A stretch of DNA of 64,000 nt, from the IMG/VR virus record IMGVR_UViG_3300032288_004964, positions 124,001 to 188,000 of that record; one strand, given 5' to 3'. Every line of letters starts with the position of its first letter. Within the stretch, counting starts at the first letter, position 1. The position numbers and the translations under genes were made by a program. This document shows, piece after piece, positions 35,936 through 46,914 of the stretch. The notes beneath the pieces are model-generated. The model was not told the origin of the DNA. It was given only the letters and a program-made list of their open reading frames with translations, and made no database searches.

Positions 35936-36865
35936 ATGTTCAAACGGCTTATTTTTAATTCAGAAATGATTGACTTCCTATCAGTTACTTCAGATAGAAT
36001 ATCTGATATTTTATTACATGGTGGTGGTGATTTAATTTCAGAAGAAGGAAACTTTATTAAAAAAGAAGATGATGATTTTCTATCTTATTTACCAAAATCA
36101 AAGTATAGTAAGGTAGATGAATTTGACCCTTATGATAAAGGTATAGGTAGAGTTAAAATAAGAATAGGTAGATTTATTAGAAAGTTTATTTCAGAAAAGG
36201 CTTTTAGTTCCTTTGCAATCAATGACCAATTGATTGAATCTTTTGTTAATTCTTTTAAGTCATATTTCAACTCTACTACAGACTCTATTAAAATAATAGA
36301 AGGTGATGAAATATTAAAATGGTATTTAGAGGAAAATTACTATACACCAAGTGGTAATAGATTTGGATCTTTATGGAATTCCTGTATGAGATATTATGAT
36401 CGTAATAATTATATGAGAATTTATGCTAAGAATTCTAATATCAAAATGGCTGTATTTTTAGTTGATGATAAAGTAAGATGTAGAGCTTTACTTTGGGATA
36501 ATGCTTTTGATCTTGATGGTAATAAACATAAGATAATGGATAGAATTTATTCTGTTTATGACCATGATGTTATCCTATTTAAAAAATGGGCAAGTGAAAA
36601 TGGATATATTCCAAAATGGGTTCAAAGTGCCAAATCCGAAAAGATTTTTGATGTTGGTGGTGTTGCAACTACAATTGATTTAATTGTTAAGTTAGAAAAT
36701 TCTAATTTTAGATACTATCCTTATTTAGATACATTTAAGTATTATAATGAATATAAAGGAACTTTCTCTAATAGTAGAAAGTGGAGTTATGATTATACAC
36801 TAGTTCAAAGTAATGGTTCTGTTGAACCAGAGCCTGAGCCAGATACAGAGTTTGATGAAAATTAA
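35936..36865 (+). CDS. Conserved phage hypothetical protein
   Basis: SCMRY...RALLW...MDRIY...PYLDTF. Confidence 0.7.
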   Translation: MFKRLIFNSEMIDFLSVTSDRISDILLHGGGDLISEEGNFIKKEDDDFLSYLPKSKYSKVDEFDPYDKGIGRVKIRIGRFIRKFISEKAFSSFAINDQLIESFVNSFKSYFNSTTDSIKIIEGDEILKWYLEENYYTPSGNRFGSLWNSCMRYYDRNNYMRIYAKNSNIKMAVFLVDDKVRCRALLWDNAFDLDGNKHKIMDRIYSVYDHDVILFKKWASENGYIPKWVQSAKSEKIFDVGGVATTIDLIVKLENSNFRYYPYLDTFKYYNEYKGTFSNSRKWSYDYTLVQSNGSVEPEPEPDTEFDEN

Positions 36866-36867
36866 AT

Positions 36868-36894
36868 AAAAAACCCACTTTTTAAGTGGGTTTT
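36868..36894. terminator. Bidirectional intrinsic terminator
   Basis: AAAACCCACTT-TTT-AAGTGGGTTTT. Confidence 0.75.
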
Positions 36895-36897
36895 ATT

Positions 36898-37707
36898 TTA
36901 TAAATTATTTTGATATTTATATTTTTCATATCTATCTACTAGATCTATTAAGAATTTATTTCTTACAATATCTTCTACTTCAAATCTATGACTATAAACT
37001 TCCTTTAATTGTGTCTTATAGTTTTGTTGGCTTTTTGTATCATCGGCTTTATAATCATATTCACCAGTTACAATTGAAATAAAATCTAAGAATTTAGAAT
37101 CTCTTTTTTTAATATCATATTGAGAAATATCACCCATCATTATTGCTTTAGAGTTTTTACCTAAACGGGTAGACCATAACATTAATTGATGCATGGTGCA
37201 GTTTTGAGCTTCATCTAATAACATAATAGCATCATCATAAGTAGTTCCTCTCATATAAGCGATTGGTTCAACAACAATTTCACCTATTGATTTCATAAAT
37301 TCAAATGTTTGTTTTCCAATAATTTTTTGAAATGTAGAAAAGTAAGATTGCATATATGGATCAGTCTTTTCTTCAATTGTTCCTGGTAAAAATCCTAAAT
37401 TCTCACCACTTTCTTGAATCGGTTTTGTTAAGATAATTCTTTCTATTTTTTTATCTGCTAATAAACCAAGTGCTGCATAACAAGCAACAAATGTTTTTGC
37501 TGTACCTGCTGGTCCTTGACAGATTGTTAAAGTGTTATTTCTAACTCCTTTATAAAGTTCAAGTTGTTTAGGAGTTAAAGAAATAATATTTTTAACTTTT
37601 TCCCATTCGGTTTTATTAATTCCTGTTTTTCTAGGAGTTCTACTTCGGTTAAAATCATCAACCATGCTGTCTATTTCCCTTTGGTTTTTTTGTTTTTCTT
37701 TACTCAT
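36898..37707 (-). CDS. phoH: PhoH-like ATPase
   Basis: GPAGTAKT; LGFLPG; AYMRGTTY; LDEAQN; GDISQYD; DIVRN. Confidence 0.92.
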   Translation of the reverse strand: MSKEKQKNQREIDSMVDDFNRSRTPRKTGINKTEWEKVKNIISLTPKQLELYKGVRNNTLTICQGPAGTAKTFVACYAALGLLADKKIERIILTKPIQESGENLGFLPGTIEEKTDPYMQSYFSTFQKIIGKQTFEFMKSIGEIVVEPIAYMRGTTYDDAIMLLDEAQNCTMHQLMLWSTRLGKNSKAIMMGDISQYDIKKRDSKFLDFISIVTGEYDYKADDTKSQQNYKTQLKEVYSHRFEVEDIVRNKFLIDLVDRYEKYKYQNNL

Positions 37708-37813
37708 TAGAAAGATTATTTTTTATTATATATTGGTGTTAATCAATTACCTTTTATATGTTGATAAGAAGTATAAAGTTTTAATATATAAGATAAAATT
37801 TGGCTTTTTATAG

Positions 37814-38029
37814 GTGAAAAGTGAAGATGATTTAATATATGATTTGATTTTTTCAGATAAAGTTGATTATAATATAGATATATCTGATTATTCTTCAGAT
37901 ATCTATAAACATAATGAATTTGTTGATAGAATTAAATCTATTCTGAAAAAATCAAAAGTTAAAATTTTAAAAAGTGCGGTTTTATTGGATAGTAAAACTG
38001 TAGTATGGGAATTAAAAGTAAAAAAATAA
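37814..38029 (+). CDS. Hypothetical protein
   Basis: GTG start after AATATATA. Confidence 0.55.
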   Translation: MKSEDDLIYDLIFSDKVDYNIDISDYSSDIYKHNEFVDRIKSILKKSKVKILKSAVLLDSKTVVWELKVKK

Positions 38030-38032
38030 CAT

Positions 38033-41000
38033 ATGTGGAAATTAGACGAATACAATAAGTGGTATAGACAAACAGACTCACTAACTAAAGAAAATTATGA
38101 CTATCTAAAACAAACATTAGATAGTGTTAGATTTTATAGTAAATGCTTAAGCGGTGCTACCTATTATCCAGTTAATGATTTAAATAATATCTATGATATA
38201 TTAGGATATTATGTTCCTAGGAATTGGTATGTAGTTAGTCCTTATGGTACACCTACTATACCTGCTACCTATCCAAGAGCAATTTCAGCCACGACTTCAA
38301 CAGAATATTTTGACAAATACTCCGAAGAATATGGACTAACATTAAAAAATCTATTTACTCCAAAAAGATTAATTGATGATTCTCTTAATAACTTTATATA
38401 TGTTGATGTTTGTAGCACTGAGGAAATTCAAAATATAGCTGATGTAAAGATTGGATTAATTATAGATGGTGTTACTTTAAAAGAAGGTCATAGAGTCTTA
38501 GTTAAAGATCAAAGAACAAATGTTACTTTATCTAATCTTATTGACCCTGATTCTTATTTTTATCCAACTAATTATTATGGAGCTGATAATCAAGCTGTTG
38601 GTTCTGTAGATACAGATTACTATTACTATAATGAGTTTAATGGTATTTATATTTATAAAAATAGTAAGTTGGTTAAAGAAACCGACTTAGATGTTTATGC
38701 TGATTGTGTAAGATATAGTATTTGTGTTAAGTTAGGTAGCACAAATAAAGATAAACAGTTTCATTTAACTAGAATGAGAGATGGTTATTATCCCACAACT
38801 TCAGAAAATTTACCAATTGAGTTTAAGGAAAAACACAATTGGATTATAAGAAATAAAGTTGATTACAATAATGTTCTTGATTTAAATTATTATGATATAC
38901 TAAAACATTCTACACAGACATATTATGATTCTGTAACAGATTTCACATATAGTATACCTGAAAGATTAATCGCAGTTGGAGAATTTGGTGGTATTATTAA
39001 CTATCAAAATGAAATAGAACACATTATAAATAATAAGTATAAAGTTAATATAAGAAGTATTACTGAAGTTAATGGGTATTATTGGACTTGTGGTGATGAA
39101 GGAACATTGTTAAAAGTTTCTAAAATAGACTTTAGTATAGAAAAATCAAATATTAATGTTTTATCATCACTTAGATCTATTTCATTTTTTAATGATTTAA
39201 GAGGTGTTTTAGTAGGTGATTTTAATATTATCTATTATACTGATGATGGTGGTCATAATTGGAATCAGATTAATGTAGATGATTTTTCTGGATATAGTTA
39301 CAATAAAGTTATTTACTATTCAATAAATAAATTTTATGTAGGTGGTGATTCTGGAGTTTTCTTAGAATTTATATTGACTAGCGGTGAATGGACAATAAAT
39401 AAGAAAAGAGTTGCCAAGTATATAGATGATGATGATGAGTATATATTAGTTGAAGATATTAATTCAATTGTTCCTTTTACTAGTAGTAATTGGGGATTAA
39501 CTTATTCTTATGGTACATCAAGTATACCATCTTATAAAGAAGGTTTAATGTTAGTTACTAATAATAATCATTTTATTGTTTATAATCTTAATGGGTTTGT
39601 GGATTATGACTTTCTTTATTTAGATTTTGGACCAACTTATAGTTACGGTGATATTAATTCAGTTACTTGGAAATCAGATACTAATGAGTTTTATTTTGCT
39701 GGTCAAGAAATATATTCTTTTGATATTAATAACTTTCAAACTATTGGAAGTTCAATGTCTAATATAATTTATGGTGCAACCGGAGCTACATTGTCACAAA
39801 ATGTTTATGCTAATTCAATTAGAGATTATAATCAATCTGTTCTATTAGTAGCTGGTAATAATTCTTTATTTGATTATGCTACTTATAGTTATTTAATAGA
39901 TGAGGTTTTAGATTCTACTTTTGGTGTTAGATTAAAATCTAAGTTATTATTTTTAGATTATGATATTGCTTCTAAGTTAAACTTCTTTGATGATCAACAA
40001 AACTATAGACTTCCTGATTCTGTTACTTTTTCAACATATTCAACATTCTCTACATCAACTTATCTTAACCTAAAACCTCTTAGTGGTGAAACTAATTGGT
40101 TAACTTACTGGTCTGATAGATTGAAAACATTTGAATATTATAGTAATTCTCCTTTAAGTGATTCATCTAAGGTAGAAATGTCTTTTACATTTAGTCATAC
40201 AAATAAAAATACATCTGTAACATTTACATCATCTATAGTTACAATAAGTTATAATGATATTTATAATTTAGCACCTCATATTGGAGACACCTCAACTTTT
40301 GGACCTGGTGTTACGGGATCTCCACAATTAAGTAGATATAATGGATATGGACTAACTGCTGTATCCGCACCAACATCATCACATTCTTTATTTCTATATG
40401 ATTATCTAATGATAATTAAATCTAATAGTTTAAATTACGTTGGAGTTGGTGATTTGGTTAGATTTGAGTCTGATGTTGTATCTGATAACTTCATTATTAA
40501 TAAAAAAGTTATAATAGGAACTCATAGTTATTTATATTTATACACTGAATTCAATCAAAATATATTAAATGATATTAAATCAAGTACTCAGTCTATTACT
40601 ATTACAAATTTAAATAAGTATGGTAACCTAAGTGAGTTAGAAACTAGATTTAATTTACATCCAATATCAAATGCTTATGAATTTTCTTACACAACAGCAT
40701 CTGTTACAGGTACATCATCATTGTTAAATCATATACAAATTAGTCCTAAGTTTAATTACTTAACATCATATTATAACTTAGCTTCGGAAGTTAATTTTTC
40801 AGGAATAACATATAGCATGTCTTATGAGGATACTTTCTTGAAATTTGGATATAAGCCAACTTATGATATATCCTCGTATTTAGAAAATATCAATAGTTTA
40901 TTATTTAGTCCATCCAAAGAATTTTTAGCTATGCCTAATTACAACTCTATTCCAGGTGTTGACTATCAATACTATACAGGATTTTCGGGATTAACTGCTG

Positions 41001-43183
41001 GTAATATTTATATAGATACTAACTCTTCAACAAATAAATTAGTATTTGGTGAAGATTTAAAATTAGAATGGCAAAGTTTATTACAATATACATATGTTGA
41101 TGTTAGTTTATCAGCTTGGTCTAATATATTGACATCTACCGGTTCTACAACATTTAATACTGATAAATTATTAATTATTAATAAATATGAAACAGATAAT
41201 TTCTTAGGAGGTGGTCAAAAAGCTTATATTATAGAATTTCATAAGAAATTAAATTATAGTTTATACTATGATATTGAGTTTGTTTCTATTACATCTAGAA
41301 GATTTTTATCACAGATTAGTAGTGATTTACAAGATTTGTCTAATACTCAAAGATCATCTTCTACTAAACAAATAGCTACTGGATATACTTATTCTAATTA
41401 TGAATCCGATTTAAACTTTAAGTTTCCTACAGATTCATATGCTAAGATTTTATTATCTGATTCAGATGTTATTGAGAATCTAAGTGGTGTTATATACACT
41501 GACTATAAAAATGAATTAGCACTTAATATAACTAAATTAGATAAAGAAGTTGAGGTTTCTATATTATCAACTACTAATTTTGCAACAGGTTCAAATAACT
41601 ATCTTTATATCGCATGTTCTGATAAACACGGTCTGAAAGAAGGAGATGGTGTTGTTTTAGAATTTACTGGAGGAACTGGTTCTTCTCAAGATTTAAATCC
41701 TCAGTATTTTGGATTTAATACAGTTGGTACTTTTCCCGGTGATGACTATAACTTATTTGTTTATACTCAATTTGGTGTACCTTCTTTAATAGGATCTGAT
41801 CCTGGTACTATTAAATATGTTAGAAAAGATCCTTTCTTTAACTATCAACCTGTTGATTTAATTGACTTAGGTGTTGATAGAAAAACTAAAATATCTATTA
41901 ATTTACAACCAGAAAATACTGATTTGGTTGGAAGTGTACATAAATTAGTTGATGTTGATTATACTAATTATAAATTTAAATTACTTGATGGATTAACACT
42001 TGATATTATTACTACCTTATATCCTTGGTTATTAGAAGCTGAGATATCAGATGCTATTATAGGAATGGATGCTAATATGAATTTAATTTGGTATACTGGT
42101 ATATGGTATTGTGGTAGATGGTTTGGTAGTTCTAATGGTAAATTAGCTACTTGGGTATCTGGTATATGGATATCAGGTGATTGGTATGGTGGTATTTGGA
42201 AATCAAATTCAATTACTAATAAGCTTATTTCAGTGGATATTCAAAAAGTATCAAATACTACAAATTCTAAATGGTATGATGGTAGATGGTATGATGGTGT
42301 TTGGGAAAATGGTACTTGGGAAAATGGTAGATGGTATGGTGGTACTTGGAGTACAGGTAACTGGTTTAATGGTATTTGGAATGATGGTACTTGGATAGAT
42401 GGTAACTTTACCGGTGGTGTTTGGGTTTTAGGAAAATGGAAGAATGGTATATTCAACACAAATAACAAACCTGCTTATTGGTTAGATGGAACTTGGGATG
42501 GTGGTGATTTTGAAAATGGCATTTGGTATAATGGTATCTGGGACCAAAAAAATAACAAAAAATCTAGATTTGGTGTTAAATCATTTAATAGCAGAACTTC
42601 TACATGGCATGCTGGTAAATGGGTCACTGGTGAATTTCATAGTAGATTAAATTTAAATGATCAAGGGTTACCTGATGTCTCATCTGTTCATAAGTTATCT
42701 ATTTGGAGAACAGGAATATGGTCAAGTGGTGATTGGTATGGTGGGATTGCATATAATATTAATTTTAGATCTGGTACATGGCATGGTGGTATTTTAGAAG
42801 ATATACAAATATGTGGTGTAGATACAACTGATAATACATTTCAGTTAAATGGTATATTTAAATTTAATATTGGAGATACCATAAAAGTCATAGATAATCA
42901 ATATGGAGGGTCTTTTTCAGTTTATGGTAGTAATGACATACCAACTACATATACGGTTTTATATCAAACAGAAGACGCTGCTGGTAAATTCTCAACAATT
43001 TATGTTGATGAAAATTTAACAGGAACTTATTCAATAACTGAAAAAGATTTGAATTTAAGAATTGCTAGTTACTTTGAAGGTTCTAATTGGAATTCTGGTA
43101 TCTGGATGAATGGAATATTTAATAATGGATTATGGGATGGTGGTATTTGGTACAATGGTGTATTTAATGGTACTTGGGGATAA
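38033..43183 (+). CDS. Large virion structural protein (BNR/YCF48-like propeller plus GxWxx pentapeptide repeats)
   Basis: IDGVTLKEGHRVLVKDQ; YTDDGGHNW Asp-box; many G-x-W-x-x repeats near the C-terminus. Confidence 0.7.
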   Translation: MWKLDEYNKWYRQTDSLTKENYDYLKQTLDSVRFYSKCLSGATYYPVNDLNNIYDILGYYVPRNWYVVSPYGTPTIPATYPRAISATTSTEYFDKYSEEYGLTLKNLFTPKRLIDDSLNNFIYVDVCSTEEIQNIADVKIGLIIDGVTLKEGHRVLVKDQRTNVTLSNLIDPDSYFYPTNYYGADNQAVGSVDTDYYYYNEFNGIYIYKNSKLVKETDLDVYADCVRYSICVKLGSTNKDKQFHLTRMRDGYYPTTSENLPIEFKEKHNWIIRNKVDYNNVLDLNYYDILKHSTQTYYDSVTDFTYSIPERLIAVGEFGGIINYQNEIEHIINNKYKVNIRSITEVNGYYWTCGDEGTLLKVSKIDFSIEKSNINVLSSLRSISFFNDLRGVLVGDFNIIYYTDDGGHNWNQINVDDFSGYSYNKVIYYSINKFYVGGDSGVFLEFILTSGEWTINKKRVAKYIDDDDEYILVEDINSIVPFTSSNWGLTYSYGTSSIPSYKEGLMLVTNNNHFIVYNLNGFVDYDFLYLDFGPTYSYGDINSVTWKSDTNEFYFAGQEIYSFDINNFQTIGSSMSNIIYGATGATLSQNVYANSIRDYNQSVLLVAGNNSLFDYATYSYLIDEVLDSTFGVRLKSKLLFLDYDIASKLNFFDDQQNYRLPDSVTFSTYSTFSTSTYLNLKPLSGETNWLTYWSDRLKTFEYYSNSPLSDSSKVEMSFTFSHTNKNTSVTFTSSIVTISYNDIYNLAPHIGDTSTFGPGVTGSPQLSRYNGYGLTAVSAPTSSHSLFLYDYLMIIKSNSLNYVGVGDLVRFESDVVSDNFIINKKVIIGTHSYLYLYTEFNQNILNDIKSSTQSITITNLNKYGNLSELETRFNLHPISNAYEFSYTTASVTGTSSLLNHIQISPKFNYLTSYYNLASEVNFSGITYSMSYEDTFLKFGYKPTYDISSYLENINSLLFSPSKEFLAMPNYNSIPGVDYQYYTGFSGLTAGNIYIDTNSSTNKLVFGEDLKLEWQSLLQYTYVDVSLSAWSNILTSTGSTTFNTDKLLIINKYETDNFLGGGQKAYIIEFHKKLNYSLYYDIEFVSITSRRFLSQISSDLQDLSNTQRSSSTKQIATGYTYSNYESDLNFKFPTDSYAKILLSDSDVIENLSGVIYTDYKNELALNITKLDKEVEVSILSTTNFATGSNNYLYIACSDKHGLKEGDGVVLEFTGGTGSSQDLNPQYFGFNTVGTFPGDDYNLFVYTQFGVPSLIGSDPGTIKYVRKDPFFNYQPVDLIDLGVDRKTKISINLQPENTDLVGSVHKLVDVDYTNYKFKLLDGLTLDIITTLYPWLLEAEISDAIIGMDANMNLIWYTGIWYCGRWFGSSNGKLATWVSGIWISGDWYGGIWKSNSITNKLISVDIQKVSNTTNSKWYDGRWYDGVWENGTWENGRWYGGTWSTGNWFNGIWNDGTWIDGNFTGGVWVLGKWKNGIFNTNNKPAYWLDGTWDGGDFENGIWYNGIWDQKNNKKSRFGVKSFNSRTSTWHAGKWVTGEFHSRLNLNDQGLPDVSSVHKLSIWRTGIWSSGDWYGGIAYNINFRSGTWHGGILEDIQICGVDTTDNTFQLNGIFKFNIGDTIKVIDNQYGGSFSVYGSNDIPTTYTVLYQTEDAAGKFSTIYVDENLTGTYSITEKDLNLRIASYFEGSNWNSGIWMNGIFNNGLWDGGIWYNGVFNGTWG

Positions 43184-43211
43184 AATTAAATTAGAAATTA
43201 ATATATAGTTT

Positions 43212-43568
43212 ATGATTAAAAAGTATTTTGAATATATTAAGGAATCTCAAGATGACAATAAATATCAAGAATTAGAGGATAAAGTTATTTCTTTAATTCA
43301 AGATACTGTTGATACTGAAAAACAATATGATTCTGTTGATTCTTTTGTTGATGCCTTTATAAAAAAAGGTGATGTTGAGATAAGAGGTTTGATAAAACAA
43401 GATGATCTTTATCAGTTTTACTTAGATTGGAGAAATGATATAGATGAAATACTAAATAATATCAATTTCTTTGATGAGGTACCAAGTAAGATGAATTCTA
43501 TTGGACTTTATGACTATATCATAGCTGGTGTTAAAAGAGCTGTTAAAGAAGTAGTTAAAATGATTTAG
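43212..43568 (+). CDS. Hypothetical protein with CTS-like N-terminus
   Basis: MIKKYFEYIKES; AATATATA-GTTT-ATG. Confidence 0.7.
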   Translation: MIKKYFEYIKESQDDNKYQELEDKVISLIQDTVDTEKQYDSVDSFVDAFIKKGDVEIRGLIKQDDLYQFYLDWRNDIDEILNNINFFDEVPSKMNSIGLYDYIIAGVKRAVKEVVKMI

Positions 43569-44002
43569 AATATCATTTTAATATAACTCCAAGTATCAAG
43601 ATGTAAATGATAATGATTTATAACTAAATATAAATATATTAATAGTTTTGATAAGATAACTATAAATCCTAAAATTTTATCAATAAGTGTAAATTCTATC
43701 GGTCTTTTTACTAAGTTTATAATTAGAGTAATTATAAATAAAGAAAGAAATACATACCAACTATTTGTTAGTAACCCTAAAATGGACCAAGTGAATTCAA
43801 ACATCATAAGTGATGAAAATGAGTTATATAGAATAGACTCTTCTTTACTTCTAAAATCTCTTTCTTTAGGTGTTTTACCAGTTACTTTTTTGAATTTTGT
43901 ATACCACTCTTTAATATTTGTTATTTGTTTAAATTTAACTAATATGGTAAGTAATGATACTACTATGATTAGTCCAAATGTGTAATATATGTGTCCTAGC
44001 AT
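43565..44002 (-). CDS. Membrane protein
   Basis: About four hydrophobic segments. Confidence 0.7.
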   Translation of the reverse strand: MLGHIYYTFGLIIVVSLLTILVKFKQITNIKEWYTKFKKVTGKTPKERDFRSKEESILYNSFSSLMMFEFTWSILGLLTNSWYVFLSLFIITLIINLVKRPIEFTLIDKILGFIVILSKLLIYLYLVINHYHLHLDTWSYIKMIF

Positions 44003-44111
44003 CTTAAATGATTTTTTATTTTATATATAAATAAGAAGAATAGTTTGCTATTTTTAATACAAACAGAAGTGTGAAATAAATATATATAGATAATAAAATT
44101 AATTTAATTAG

Positions 44112-46871
44112 ATGGCAAGTACACCACTTTATAAGAAACTTAAAGATAATGGCACAACCTTTTATTGTTTTCCAGGTGCTGCAGAAGATATATCAGCAGC
44201 TTATCAGAATCAAAATTATAAAATGTATTTTTCTAAATATGCTTTATTGAATTTTCCAAAACAAAATTTACAAAACATAGGTGGTACACAAGCTACTCCA
44301 ATTTATTGGGATTTTGATGTATTTAAAAAATCATCAAATGCTTCAATTTCAACAGACTACTCTGAGCAATTAGTTGAGTCATTAAGAAACTATGTGGCTA
44401 ACCAAGAGGTGGTTGTAAAAGAATCTAGATTGAATAATAGTCAGTACTATTATGATAATAATGAACCATATACTACCACCGAGAAAATATTTTGGAAGTG
44501 GTGTAAGAAATTAAATGTTATTCAGTTTGAACCTGCTTCTCCAAGTGATGAATACTTTTCAAATTTAGATGAGTTTTCAAGTGCTGATCCAAATGATGAT
44601 ACTTACTTTCCAGAGTATATTTGGAAAGAAAGAGAGATTGTAGATTGGCCTGTTTATACATTTTATGAAAGTTCAAATCAACCTGGGTATTTAGAAGCCG
44701 AATTTTATGCAACAACAAATTTTAGAGTAGGTGATATTGTTAAATTTACTGGTATAAGTTCTTTAACTAATACGGAAATACCTGGTATAGAATCAGATAC
44801 TTTACAAACAACTGTTACTGAATTAATAGCTGCTGGTGCTACACAAGGTCAAAAAGTTATCTTTGATATACCAACAAATGGCTTAGTTTCTGGAACTTAT
44901 TTTGAAAATGGTGATGGCTCTATTGGCTTAGTTTATAACAGATTAGTTCAGTATATTGGTGAGGTAAATGGTATTAATAATGTTCAAGAGGCTAACAGAT
45001 CATATACAGAAGTTTATGCTTTAGTTCCAGATCATACTGGTCAAACTCCTGATATTTTATTTAGATTACATAGTGATAATAATTATAAACCCAATTTAAC
45101 GTTCCCAATTATACCTAGTCAATATCAGCCTGAGATTATAGGAGCTGAATTATTCACATCTCCGATTGTTAACACTCCTCAAAATTACCCTGGTTCATAT
45201 TTTGGTCAGTTTGATACTGAAGATTACACATATGAAGTTTCTAATGGTGACTCTATTAGAAGAAGTGGAGATTATTATGGTGTTAGTGGTGATATAAATA
45301 ATCCTGTTATTGATGGATCAACAATAGATGGTGCTATTTTAGACTTTAATACTACACATTATGTTAAAATGAATATTAATAGTGGAACTATTCAAACATT
45401 TGACCAGTTCAATGCTATGGAGGTTAATAATTTACCACCTAATGATTTTGAATTTAATGCTATTCTATGGTATTATACTATTGAAGATATTAATGGAAAT
45501 ATTTCAACCAATTTATATGGTATATCATTTTTAGATAATCCAATGAATAATCCTGTTACAGAGGAAATTGGCATAAAACTACCAATTTATAAAAAGTTAG
45601 TTTCTAATGGAGTCCATGATGGTACTTCTTATGCTTTTAGTTTAAATTTAAGTTTTAATATAATTAATGAGAATCCACAAGATTCCTATAATCCACAATC
45701 AATTAATACTTTATTTGGTATGGATTTATTTAATACAGCTATGACTAGGTTGGCTTCAATTAATGATACATTCTTAACAATGGTTGCTGAAAATATTGAT
45801 ATTAAGACAGAGATAGATAATATCAGACAATTACTTTATACACAAACTGAACTTGATACAATAAACGCCAAGATTAAAAATCTTGAAAATTTACTAATAC
45901 TTTACAAGACAAATCAATTACAAACTTCGGATACAATTAAAGTTGTTCAACAAGAAACTCCAAGTTTTACAGTTCTAACTTTAGAAAACATTGATACTGG
46001 ATATAAAACAATTACATCAGTTAAAACTACTGACTTATATACAACAACTGGAGTAATTCCTATTAATGTATCAGTTCCTGAGAATAAGGATTTTTTTGTT
46101 AAAATAATTAACAATGATGAGGTTAATTTAACTCTACCCAATGAGGATAGATTAGTTGTTGTTTTAGATAAAGATTTGTCTTATAGACAATCGTGTCAGT
46201 TTGTAATTGATTCAACATCCACATCAACACAAAATAAAAAGCTTGATATTTATATTAAATATGTCTATAATCCTAACTCCAATATTTCAGCAGGTGAAAC
46301 AATTTATATAACTAACACTAATGTATTACCGGTTGAGACACCATTGATAACAAATATTGATTTACCGGTTGCTTTTAATAGTGTTACTCAACAAGCTAAC
46401 TTCTCATATGTAAGTGATAAGTTCAACTTTAATGTTGATTTAAATAATCCTATTATATTAAATGCTGGTAGTATTCTACAAGTTCCTCTTGATACAAATT
46501 ATGTGTTATTAAATAATACATTAAAGTCTGGAGATACACTTATGATGAATGACTTCTTAGTTGGTACTACTTCCGTGTTTAATTTCTCTGGTCAGTATGA
46601 TATTTCAAGTGTTGGTACTACAAGTTCCTATATTTATTTAGATATATCTAGTAATAATGAACTGGTTGCTTATGGAGCAAGTGCTACGCCAAAATATATT
46701 CATGATCCTAACGGATTTATGACACTTGGTACTTATTCAACAGAATTGTCAAATATTCCCTACTTTAGTTTAAATAAAGGATATAGATTTACAATTACTA
46801 GAATATCAGATTCAGATATTTCTTCAATAACTGATAGATATTTAATTCAAACTGAACATCTTTTAAAATAA
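44112..46871 (+). CDS. Putative virion structural (tail/baseplate) protein
   Basis: 919 aa; N/T/S-rich; short coiled coil; in the structural cluster behind a late box. Confidence 0.55.
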   Translation: MASTPLYKKLKDNGTTFYCFPGAAEDISAAYQNQNYKMYFSKYALLNFPKQNLQNIGGTQATPIYWDFDVFKKSSNASISTDYSEQLVESLRNYVANQEVVVKESRLNNSQYYYDNNEPYTTTEKIFWKWCKKLNVIQFEPASPSDEYFSNLDEFSSADPNDDTYFPEYIWKEREIVDWPVYTFYESSNQPGYLEAEFYATTNFRVGDIVKFTGISSLTNTEIPGIESDTLQTTVTELIAAGATQGQKVIFDIPTNGLVSGTYFENGDGSIGLVYNRLVQYIGEVNGINNVQEANRSYTEVYALVPDHTGQTPDILFRLHSDNNYKPNLTFPIIPSQYQPEIIGAELFTSPIVNTPQNYPGSYFGQFDTEDYTYEVSNGDSIRRSGDYYGVSGDINNPVIDGSTIDGAILDFNTTHYVKMNINSGTIQTFDQFNAMEVNNLPPNDFEFNAILWYYTIEDINGNISTNLYGISFLDNPMNNPVTEEIGIKLPIYKKLVSNGVHDGTSYAFSLNLSFNIINENPQDSYNPQSINTLFGMDLFNTAMTRLASINDTFLTMVAENIDIKTEIDNIRQLLYTQTELDTINAKIKNLENLLILYKTNQLQTSDTIKVVQQETPSFTVLTLENIDTGYKTITSVKTTDLYTTTGVIPINVSVPENKDFFVKIINNDEVNLTLPNEDRLVVVLDKDLSYRQSCQFVIDSTSTSTQNKKLDIYIKYVYNPNSNISAGETIYITNTNVLPVETPLITNIDLPVAFNSVTQQANFSYVSDKFNFNVDLNNPIILNAGSILQVPLDTNYVLLNNTLKSGDTLMMNDFLVGTTSVFNFSGQYDISSVGTTSSYIYLDISSNNELVAYGASATPKYIHDPNGFMTLGTYSTELSNIPYFSLNKGYRFTITRISDSDISSITDRYLIQTEHLLK

Positions 46872-46914
46872 AGATTTTTAATTTTAATATATACATTAAA
46901 ATTATTAATAACTT

